15,659 nucleotides of DNA from positions 52,070 to 67,728 of the forward strand of contig JBHLMP010000015.1 of NCBI GenBank assembly GCA_048938025.1, written 5' to 3'. Under the pieces are notes generated by a model that worked only from the letters and a program-made list of their open reading frames with translations, was not told where the DNA came from and made no database searches. The translations under genes and the position numbers were made by a program. Positions 7,748-15,382 of this stretch are shown in pieces (within the stretch, counting starts at the first letter, position 1; every line of letters starts with the position of its first letter). This stretch comes from Promethearchaeota archaeon. GTDB lineage: Archaea > Asgardarchaeota > Lokiarchaeia > Sigyniarchaeales > SOKP01.

Positions 7748-9412
7748 ATGATAAGGAAACGATATCAACTAAATTGGATGTTTGAGTGTCCTGAAGCAGT
7801 GCTAACGTGTTCTATTCTAAGATGTCATAATAATAATTATTTAGTATTTGGTGGACATGATAAGACATTATATCTTATGGACGAGAAAATGAATATTGTA
7901 GATGATAGAGCATTTGATGGTTGGTGTCGATGTAGTTATGCTATTGATTTAGATGGAGATGGATGTGATGAGATTTTAGTTGGAGCAGGAGATGGAACTT
8001 TCATGGTTTTAAAGTTAAACATCGAGAAACAGAAGTTAGTAGGGGTTATGCGATATAGATCTACAGGGAAGGTAAATTGTTGTATTGCTGGCGATTTTAA
8101 TAGAAATGGGAAAGCAGATTTAATATTTGGAGGCGAAGATAAGACTCTTAAAATTTTTGATAGTATAAATTATAAAGAACCAAAATTCGTATTCTATTAT
8201 GATTCTTGGGTAACAGCTTGTACTTTGGGATATTTACAATTACCTGATAATAAAATACCTATATATGGATTATTAGTTGGTACTAAAAATGGTTCAGTTC
8301 AATTAATTCAAATTCAAGAAGGTAACCCTGATATTATTTGGCAAAAAGATTTTCATTCCCAGATTAATGATATTCAAGTTGGAGATGTTACAAATGATGG
8401 ATTTAATGAAATTATATTGAGTACTGATGATTCTAACATTAAAGTCCTTAACAGTGAAGGTGAGCTCTTGAAAGAGATCCCAATCGAAGAAGGGCGTCCA
8501 CTTTCCTTATTAATTGAAGATATAGACGGTGATAATGCCAAGGAAATTATTGCTGGATGTGCTGATGGCTCCTTAAAAGTTTTTCACAATCCTTCCTTGA
8601 ATTCTAAAGAGATTGAGTTAAAATGGAAAACAAAGGTATCCACTTCTATTCAAGATATCTGTTATCTTATGAGTACGGAACAAAATGTAAAACATATAGT
8701 ATTTGGGGGATATGATAGATCTCTACGAAATCTTACAGATTTTGAATGGGGTCAAAAACCTGTTTTGGAAATTCCTCAACAAATTCAAATTCCAGAAGTG
8801 CAAATAAGCGAAGAGAAGAAGATTGAAGAAGAGGTTAAAATAGAAAAAGTACCCACCAATATAAGAGAATATATTTTTAAAATCTTAAAAGATGTAGGGT
8901 TTTTGCAGGATTTAATTAAGGAATTAATGAAGTTAGGATATACTCATAGTGAGATTCTCGAAGAATTTGAAATAATGAGAACCCAAAAAATTATTACTTA
9001 TGAAAAGGTAGTCTATCCTGTTTGGAGTTTGCCTGGAGAAGAAAAACCAGAAAAAGTAGAGGAAATCGAAATTCCAACAGAGGAACCAAAAGTTATTGTG
9101 AAACCTATGGTTATTGAAGAAGTTGCTAAATCCGATAAAGAAAGATTGGTTGATGCACTTGAGCTTTATCCAGAAGAATCTGAACAAGCTGTTCCAGCTG
9201 TTAAACCTACTTCCACTCAACCATTAAATAATGTTATTATTGATTATTTAAAACAAAATAAAATTGTTCCAACTAAAACTAAATTTGTGGAAGATATAAT
9301 ACTGAAAGGATTTAGCAAAGATATTGTTGAGAAAGAAATCGAATCATTGAAAGAACAAGGGATAATTAGCTATTCACGAGGAACACCACGTGGTTGGAGT
9401 TTAGCTAAATAA
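7748..9412 (+). CDS. Seven-blade WD40/FG-GAP-type beta-propeller protein with two C-terminal winged-helix-like repeats
   Basis: Seven blade motifs: GGHDKTLYL, GAGDGTFMV, GGEDKTLKI, GTKNGSVQL, STDDSNIKV, GCADGSLKV, GGYDRSLRN. Four DxDGDG-like loops. Glu/Pro linkers separate two ~60-aa repeats ending IIxY..xWSL. No signal peptide. Confidence 0.8.
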   Translation: MIRKRYQLNWMFECPEAVLTCSILRCHNNNYLVFGGHDKTLYLMDEKMNIVDDRAFDGWCRCSYAIDLDGDGCDEILVGAGDGTFMVLKLNIEKQKLVGVMRYRSTGKVNCCIAGDFNRNGKADLIFGGEDKTLKIFDSINYKEPKFVFYYDSWVTACTLGYLQLPDNKIPIYGLLVGTKNGSVQLIQIQEGNPDIIWQKDFHSQINDIQVGDVTNDGFNEIILSTDDSNIKVLNSEGELLKEIPIEEGRPLSLLIEDIDGDNAKEIIAGCADGSLKVFHNPSLNSKEIELKWKTKVSTSIQDICYLMSTEQNVKHIVFGGYDRSLRNLTDFEWGQKPVLEIPQQIQIPEVQISEEKKIEEEVKIEKVPTNIREYIFKILKDVGFLQDLIKELMKLGYTHSEILEEFEIMRTQKIITYEKVVYPVWSLPGEEKPEKVEEIEIPTEEPKVIVKPMVIEEVAKSDKERLVDALELYPEESEQAVPAVKPTSTQPLNNVIIDYLKQNKIVPTKTKFVEDIILKGFSKDIVEKEIESLKEQGIISYSRGTPRGWSLAK

Positions 9413-9442
9413 TAAAGTTTTGGAAATCTTAAAAAGGAAAAA

Positions 9443-9886
9443 TTATTCAAGAAATGCTTTTATCTCATCTAAAAAAGATTCGAATTGATTTAATTCTGTA
9501 AAATCGCTATTGTTATATCTTTGATTGAATAATTCTAAAATAGGTTCTGCAGTATCAAAAAACTTCTTTACTAATTTATCTGGATTCTTCTTTTTTTTGT
9601 CTATTAAGCCATACATAATAATTGGTTCCTTTAATCCACTATCGCTTGATTTTATATCTGAAATCTTGAAAATAAAAAGAATTGAACCAGATTCTAAATA
9701 TTCTAAGGACGTATTATTGAACGCGCTCTTGGCAAATGTATTTATTGCAGATATAAAAGCTCCTCTTAGATCCTTTGCAACACACTTTTCTTTTTGAGTA
9801 GGTATCTCTTTAACTATATAATTTATAAGCACAAAACCTCGAAATACTATTCCTAACTCATAGAGATATTCGCTTAAAGGTGCTAT
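9443..9886 (-). CDS. Stand-alone longin-like domain protein (~147 aa; proposed ATA start, track start GTG 9832)
   Basis: Frame is open upstream of 9832 to TAA 9913-9911 and adds APLSEYLYELGIVFRGF (first beta-strand). It continues with DLRGAFISAINTFAKSAF (helix 1), three strands and two C-terminal helices (LELFNQRY, NQFESFLDEI). Confidence 0.7.
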   Translation of the reverse strand: MAPLSEYLYELGIVFRGFVLINYIVKEIPTQKEKCVAKDLRGAFISAINTFAKSAFNNTSLEYLESGSILFIFKISDIKSSDSGLKEPIIMYGLIDKKKKNPDKLVKKFFDTAEPILELFNQRYNNSDFTELNQFESFLDEIKAFLE

Positions 9887-9892
9887 AACAGA

Positions 9893-9899
9893 TCCACCT
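9893..9899 (-). promoter_or_regulatory. Shine-Dalgarno site before ATA
   Basis: Minus strand reads tAGGTGGA-tctgtt-ATA-gca-cct. Confidence 0.55.
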
Positions 9900-10044
9900 A
9901 TTATATTATTTTATCAGTTGAATTATCAATAGTTATCTTAAGAAATTAAAAGACTTTTTACTATTTAATTTTAAATAAAATATTAAACTTCCTTATAAAA
10001 TTGCACTTTATAAGAAGATATAATAAATTATAATTTAATAAATT

Positions 10045-10731
10045 CTAAAATGAAAAAGAATTTCCTACACATATTCTTTGATATTGGTTAGGAAATTGTT
10101 CACGGATTGATTTTATATGTTGTGTACAATGACATGCTCCGATTAAATCAACCCCCTTTAAATAAGAAAACTTATTAAAACCATGAAAACCACCAAAAAT
10201 AGCTTTAATTTTACCTAATTTTTGTGCTTCTATAATAAATTTCTCTAACCCTGGATGAGCACAACCAACAGTTATTATAATTTCATTATTTTTAGTTCTT
10301 AAAAATAAAGCCTGTTCCTTTGTAGAATGCTGCCCAAATTGACCTGAGGAATATAGATTTTTTCCAATTATGGTTAATTCTGAAATACCATGAACCTTCG
10401 ATTCAGAAAATGCTTTTTTATATGGTGCTAAATTTGCTAAAGGGACATATATTTCAATTTTAGGGTTCAATTTATAGATTCCCTCTAAACCAGCAGCATG
10501 GTCGCCATGATTATGTGAGATTATAACTTTTTTAATGCTGGAGATATCAACCTTTAGCTTGTTAATATTATGAAGTAAAATCCTGCTATTTCCTCCTGTG
10601 TCAAAAAGTAAATAATTTTCCGTTGAAAAATTATAAATTAATGCTGAAAATCCAAATCCAGGTAAAAATCCTTCTTCTACACACTTATTATCGAATACAA
10701 TACTAATTTGAAAAGAATATTTTAAATTCAT
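10045..10731 (-). CDS. MBL-fold metallo-hydrolase, COG1237/DHPS-like family (228 aa)
   Basis: ISIVFDN, GFSALI, LLFDTGG, ISHNHGDH (HxHxDH), EQAL, GCAHPG, GGFH, CHCT. Start reassigned to ATG 10731 (MNLKY), 31 nt past the upstream gene's stop. Confidence 0.85.
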   Translation of the reverse strand: MNLKYSFQISIVFDNKCVEEGFLPGFGFSALIYNFSTENYLLFDTGGNSRILLHNINKLKVDISSIKKVIISHNHGDHAAGLEGIYKLNPKIEIYVPLANLAPYKKAFSESKVHGISELTIIGKNLYSSGQFGQHSTKEQALFLRTKNNEIIITVGCAHPGLEKFIIEAQKLGKIKAIFGGFHGFNKFSYLKGVDLIGACHCTQHIKSIREQFPNQYQRICVGNSFSF

Positions 10732-10762
10732 ATATTTTGAATAATGATTCTTTATTATAAAA

Positions 10763-11566
10763 TTACTGCTGTTTTTTAAGTAAAAAAATCGCATTATTAG
10801 GACATTTAGAGACACAAATACCACATCCAAAGCATCTAATGGAATTAAAATGCAATTTACCATCTTCCATAGTTCTTGCACCAAAATAACACCAATCGGA
10901 GCATTCCCCACAATTTGAACATTTTTTTGGATTGGTTTTAGCAACAAAATCGCTTTTGATCATCTGGGGAGATCCACTTGATAGGAATTTGTTTAAAACA
11001 ACACAACAGCAAGGACAACAATTACAAATTATATAATAAAATTGGGGATTCGGAAAATAAATTAATTGATGCACTAATCCTCGTTCATCACATTCTTTTA
11101 ATAGCTCCGTTACTCTCTTTTTTGATACTTTTTTTAAATTATAAGATTTATAAGGGATCTCATATAAAGATTTCCCAAAGCTAAGATGAATACAGGTATA
11201 AAGTGGATGATCACAATTAGGTTCTTCATATTTTCGTTGTACAGCTCTACAATAGCAATAACCTATACCACTTACATTTGAGCGTTTAATAATCTCCAAG
11301 ATTTCTTGACTGGGTAAAAATCTTGAATCTAAGTCAATATTTGTATTTAAAGGAACAACTTTTCCTCCCCATCGACCTTTTAAAAAATATTTATTAATGA
11401 TTCCCATTGAGTATATATTCAATTTGTTATCAATTCTACGCAATAACTCAAGGATATAAATTTCAAAAACTCCGAAAAGACTAGTTAAAATCTTACCTAA
11501 TGCACGAAATCTTTTAAGCATTTTATCTATAAGAGATTTAAATTTTCTAGCTGGTAACGCACTCAA
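10763..11566 (-). CDS. 4Fe-4S dicluster ferredoxin-domain protein with Cys-rich central domain
   Basis: CSNCGECSDWC and CFGCGICVSKCP ferredoxin motifs, plus CYCR..C..P..TC and ICNCCPCCC. Start is TTG 11566 or the downstream ATG (MLKRF). Confidence 0.85.
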   Translation of the reverse strand: MSALPARKFKSLIDKMLKRFRALGKILTSLFGVFEIYILELLRRIDNKLNIYSMGIINKYFLKGRWGGKVVPLNTNIDLDSRFLPSQEILEIIKRSNVSGIGYCYCRAVQRKYEEPNCDHPLYTCIHLSFGKSLYEIPYKSYNLKKVSKKRVTELLKECDERGLVHQLIYFPNPQFYYIICNCCPCCCVVLNKFLSSGSPQMIKSDFVAKTNPKKCSNCGECSDWCYFGARTMEDGKLHFNSIRCFGCGICVSKCPNNAIFLLKKQQ

Positions 11567-11709
11567 ATCTTAGCTTGTTTTTCTTTAAATTTCAATGATA
11601 GCAAATAATAAATTATATTTTACTTTATACTTGAATTTTAAGTATTCAATATAATCTAGATTAAGAAAGAGGAAATCAATTGGGATAGGGTATCAGATTA
11701 GGAAAGATT

Positions 11710-12798
11710 TTAGAAAAAATGATCTTTTACTATTTTATTTATAGGTTTAAATACTCTTAAATCACCTTTCCAGTCTTTGAGAACACTTGCATAAATTTTT
11801 TCAATATTTTCAATCAAATTTTTTAATAATATTCGAATAGAGATTAAACTACCTTTAGATATTAGCGCTCCATAAAGATATTTACCAGGTTGAATAATAA
11901 TTAACTTAGCTGGTTGTTCAATTACTGAAAATTCTTCTTTATTACTAATTCCCTCTAACATCATTTTTAAGCTTGTAATTTTTCCTGAAATTGAAGATTC
12001 ATAAAGATTTTCGTCTTTTGTTACAAATGATTTCTGGAAAATAAGTAAACCAGACTTATGAATAATAAATAGACTATCTAAATTTTGCTGCCACTCGTAT
12101 TCTGAAAATGAAGGGGTTGATATGAAAAATAAAAACAAGAAAATAATAGCACAAGTTTGCACGATATCTCCAATCATACGCATAATTAATCCAAAATTTA
12201 TAATCATTAAATCAGTAGTTAAACCAAATCCTGCAATAAATAGAATTATTCCAAATAGTAAACTAAGATATTTAAATATAAATCTTCCAAGTACTGGGTT
12301 TCTTTTAAATATCGAATATAATTTAAATGAATAAAAAATAAAGAATACTACAAAAATAGGCCAAAAAGTAAAAGATATAAATTGTGTAAGATCAATATTG
12401 ATAATTAATATTAGGAAGAAGGCGATTATATTAAGTGAAAAAATGACTGTAAAAAAATATTTTATTATGAAAATTTTATAGCTTTCAATAATATAGATAA
12501 AAATTAGGACACTAGTCATTAATGAGATATAACCACAATTTAAAAAAATCAGGCGAACAATTGAAGTTTCAACATAATAATCGCTTATAATAAAAAACAT
12601 CCACATGAAACTAAATCCAAGAAATAACCATATATAAGCTTTTTCCTGAAGGCTTCTTAGTTCTTTCTTATACTTATTAACCCTAAACAAAAAGGTTAAT
12701 GCTAATTCAAGTGATAAAAATGTGATAAGCCATTCATATACTAATAATAGATCTGCTAATGAACCGCTTAATGGAAATTGGAAAATTGTAAAATTCAT
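11710..12798 (-). CDS. Seven-transmembrane protein fused to a C-terminal longin-like domain
   Basis: About 7 hydrophobic segments in aa ~17-227, then LDSLFIIHKSGLLIFQKSF..ISGKITSLKMMLEGI..LIIIQPGKYLYGALIS..WKGDLRVF, a longin-type beta2-alpha-beta3-alpha2 pattern. Confidence 0.75.
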   Translation of the reverse strand: MNFTIFQFPLSGSLADLLLVYEWLITFLSLELALTFLFRVNKYKKELRSLQEKAYIWLFLGFSFMWMFFIISDYYVETSIVRLIFLNCGYISLMTSVLIFIYIIESYKIFIIKYFFTVIFSLNIIAFFLILIINIDLTQFISFTFWPIFVVFFIFYSFKLYSIFKRNPVLGRFIFKYLSLLFGIILFIAGFGLTTDLMIINFGLIMRMIGDIVQTCAIIFLFLFFISTPSFSEYEWQQNLDSLFIIHKSGLLIFQKSFVTKDENLYESSISGKITSLKMMLEGISNKEEFSVIEQPAKLIIIQPGKYLYGALISKGSLISIRILLKNLIENIEKIYASVLKDWKGDLRVFKPINKIVKDHFF

Positions 12799-12813
12799 TT
12801 TTTTGATTTGAAA

Positions 12814-13962
12814 TTAATTCAATTTTAATATCTTAACTATATCATTATTAAAATCTTCAAATATTTGTGGATATTCTCCTTCAAGATTTTCTAACTCTAT
12901 CAATATATTCTTATAAATATCGTTAAATTTATTCTTTACAGTATTTAAAAAATATCTCATACTGACCATTTCTTTTTTAACTAAAATACAAAAAATTAGA
13001 AAACTCATATTCTCTCCTCCATAGTCTAATAAGATTAAATTTTCTCCTTGTTGAACTTTTTCAATTTTAGATTCTTTTGATTTAGTGATAACTGAAATTA
13101 TACTTTCCATTCCAACGATCCCCCCTGGAAAGATTATATTATATGCTTGCAATGTATTTGAATCTTCCTTTATCTTTCTTTCATTGTTCCCTTTCCTTGA
13201 GAAATTATAATAATAAAGAATTTCTAAACGCCTACTATCAATTATGAATAACTTTACTAAGTTATCTTGCCAATTAAATTCCAAAAAAATTGGAAAATTA
13301 TAAATCGCATAGAATACAATCATTTGACCCAGAATCATTAAAGGATTATAAATTAAAGCTACAATTTGTTGTTGCATAGGGTTAAATAAATATGGATTTT
13401 TTTCTGCTCCAATTACAACCATCATGATAATCAAGATTTCTCCAAAAAATAATATTAATATTCTTCTCTTAACATTTCCAGCGGATTTTTGAATTAGTTT
13501 AATGTGAAAATATACCATAAAAATACTCCCTAAAAAAAGTGATATTATTACAAATACACCGTCTAGAATTATATTATCTATTATTAAAATGAGAAGTGAT
13601 AAGAAAAAGGTGATTATAGAGACTATTTTTGAGAAGTTTGTATTAATTAATTTATTGAAAGATTTTTGAGAAACAATCATTAAAAATGAAAAAGCACCAA
13701 AAAAGATTAGTATGTGTGATAAATTAAGTAGAAAATCATTTATTAATGAATTATTTATATAATAACTATTAATAGTACGAATTCCTATTCCAGTAAAACC
13801 AAAAAAATATAATAGTCCAAATGCTAATAAAAATTTATTTATCCCTAATTTTTCATCTTTTATTTGAAAGTACCTATAAAAGAAATACACACTTATTTGA
13901 AAAGAAAGAAGTAAAACTATAAAAACAAAGGGATAATGAAATGCTCTCAATAATTTCTCCAT
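12814..13962 (-). CDS. Seven-transmembrane protein fused to a C-terminal longin-like domain (paralog of the downstream gene)
   Basis: About 7 hydrophobic segments. Shared junction PIFLEFNWQDNLVKLFII vs PSFSEYEWQQNLDSLFII. Only 15 nt separate the two genes. Confidence 0.75.
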   Translation of the reverse strand: MEKLLRAFHYPFVFIVLLLSFQISVYFFYRYFQIKDEKLGINKFLLAFGLLYFFGFTGIGIRTINSYYINNSLINDFLLNLSHILIFFGAFSFLMIVSQKSFNKLINTNFSKIVSIITFFLSLLILIIDNIILDGVFVIISLFLGSIFMVYFHIKLIQKSAGNVKRRILILFFGEILIIMMVVIGAEKNPYLFNPMQQQIVALIYNPLMILGQMIVFYAIYNFPIFLEFNWQDNLVKLFIIDSRRLEILYYYNFSRKGNNERKIKEDSNTLQAYNIIFPGGIVGMESIISVITKSKESKIEKVQQGENLILLDYGGENMSFLIFCILVKKEMVSMRYFLNTVKNKFNDIYKNILIELENLEGEYPQIFEDFNNDIVKILKLN

Positions 13963-14134
13963 AATTCATTAATAGTTTTTTTATCAATAAATTTTTTATT
14001 CTCTTTACAGGAATGTAAATTGTATACTTTTATTTATTTTTTTAAGTAATATGATAATCAGCTAAAAGTTAAAATTAAATTCTTTTATATTTAATATTAT
14101 TCCTTTAAATTTCTTTACTTAGTAATAGATAACA

Positions 14135-14140
14135 GAGGGA
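14135..14140 (+). promoter_or_regulatory. Shine-Dalgarno-like site before ATA
   Basis: GAGGGA-attagg-ATA-tca; same geometry as GAGGGGA-tttgg-ATG at 15371-15385. Confidence 0.5.
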
Positions 14141-14146
14141 ATTAGG

Positions 14147-14683
14147 ATATCAATTGATTTAGCATTCAAAATAAGTGTTTTTGGCGATTCTGGAGTTGGT
14201 AAGACTTCATTAATTAATCGATTTATGACAAACAAATTTGATTTAGATGTTGGAAAGACTATGGGAGTAAATATTTCGACAAAAAATGTAGTTATTGAGA
14301 ATTTAAGAGTTGTACTTCAAATTTGGGACTTTTTAGGGGAGGAACGTTTTAGAAGCATTATTAAAACTTATGCTAGTGGAACCTTTGGAGGTATCTTTAT
14401 GTATGATATTACAAGTAAAAATAGTTTGATGAATTTAAATGAATGGATAGCCCTTTTTCATAATACATTTCCAAGTACCAAAAAAAAAATACCAATTATC
14501 TTAGTTGGAGGAAAATCTGATCTAAATAATGAAAGAGAAATAACAAAAGAAGATGCTTTATCTATATTAAGATTACATAATATGTTTACTTTTATTGAAT
14601 GTTCATCAAAAACAGGTGAAAATATTGAAGAAGTTTTTTTTTCTTTGACTAATAAAATAATGAAAATTAATGGATATATTTAA
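14147..14683 (+). CDS. Rab-like small GTPase (Ras superfamily), ~178 aa; proposed ATA start (the track start at 14225 omits the P-loop)
   Basis: In-frame upstream of 14225: SIDLAFKISVFGDSGVGKTSLINRF (G1). Then KTMGV (G2), LQIWDFLGEERFRSI (G3), FMYDIT, LVGGKSD (G4), ECSSKTG (G5). Confidence 0.9.
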   Translation: MSIDLAFKISVFGDSGVGKTSLINRFMTNKFDLDVGKTMGVNISTKNVVIENLRVVLQIWDFLGEERFRSIIKTYASGTFGGIFMYDITSKNSLMNLNEWIALFHNTFPSTKKKIPIILVGGKSDLNNEREITKEDALSILRLHNMFTFIECSSKTGENIEEVFFSLTNKIMKINGYI

Positions 14684-14854
14684 CCTTTTAAGAAGATTTG
14701 CCCGATGTTGAAAGCTATATACAATAATAGATCATCAGACATTGTTTAATTGTTGTCTTTGTTAGGAGTTCGAATTTTTTTTATAAAGTATAAATTTTTA
14801 TATTAAATTTTATCTATAAAATAATTAAGATTGAATATAATTTAGGTGACTAAA

Positions 14855-15361
14855 ATGTCTGAAAAAGATATATTAAATAAGGCTTTTGAATTAGGAAAAA
14901 AGTATGAAATGAAATTTACAGGATGTGCTCAAACAACTATTGCTGCTATTTTTGAAGCATTAGGGATTTGGAATGAAGATGTATTCAAAGCAGCCAGTGG
15001 ATTAGCTGATGGTCTGGGATTAACAGGAGATGGGTCATGTGGGGCTTTAGTGGGGGCATCTATGGTTATAGGATACCTTTTTGGAAGAGAACACAAAGAT
15101 TTTAAGGATATGTATAAACCAAGGAAATCCTATGCTCTCGTTAAACAACTTCATGACCAATATGTAGAAAAATATGGGTCATGTCGATGCTTCGATGTGC
15201 AAACTAAATTAGTGGGAAGAACTTACAACCTCTGGGATGAAAAGGAGTATGAGGAAGCATTTGAATCTGATATGATACATCATTGCTCCGATGTAGTAGG
15301 AACTGTTGCAAAAATGGCAACTGAAATTATCTTGAATAATGAATTTATTCCTAAGAACTAA
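14855..15361 (+). CDS. C-GCAxxG-C-C family putative redox-active protein (168 aa)
   Basis: GCAQTT, GLADGLG, SCGALVG, YGSCRC, HCSDVV. AGGTGA SD (14844-14849) contains the track's GTG and precedes ATG 14855 by 5 nt. Confidence 0.85.
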   Translation: MSEKDILNKAFELGKKYEMKFTGCAQTTIAAIFEALGIWNEDVFKAASGLADGLGLTGDGSCGALVGASMVIGYLFGREHKDFKDMYKPRKSYALVKQLHDQYVEKYGSCRCFDVQTKLVGRTYNLWDEKEYEEAFESDMIHHCSDVVGTVAKMATEIILNNEFIPKN

Positions 15362-15382
15362 CTAATTCTAGAGGGGATTTGG

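Noticed and set aside
8933-9220. 95-aa Phe-rich minus-strand ORF
   Set aside because: Antisense to the GAA/AAA-rich linker of the propeller gene.
9525-9797. 90-aa plus-strand ORF
   Set aside because: Antisense to the longin gene; no motifs.
10732-10947. 72-aa N-terminal extension of the MBL ORF
   Set aside because: Overlaps the ferredoxin motifs of the upstream gene in another frame; family similarity begins after ATG 10731.
10978-11184. 68-aa plus-strand ORF
   Set aside because: Antisense to the Fe-S gene.
12122-12334. 70-aa plus-strand ORF
   Set aside because: Antisense to T-rich TM-coding sequence.
11710-13962. Rhodopsin or true GPCR identity for the 7TM proteins
   Set aside because: No retinal-binding Lys in TM7 and no DRY/NPxxY motifs; only the topology is analogous.
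14680-14742. 20-aa minus-strand ORF (MSDDLLLYIAFNIGQIFLKG) and a TGATGA C-box-like word
   Set aside because: Too short, no SD, and no downstream CTGA D box for a C/D sRNA.
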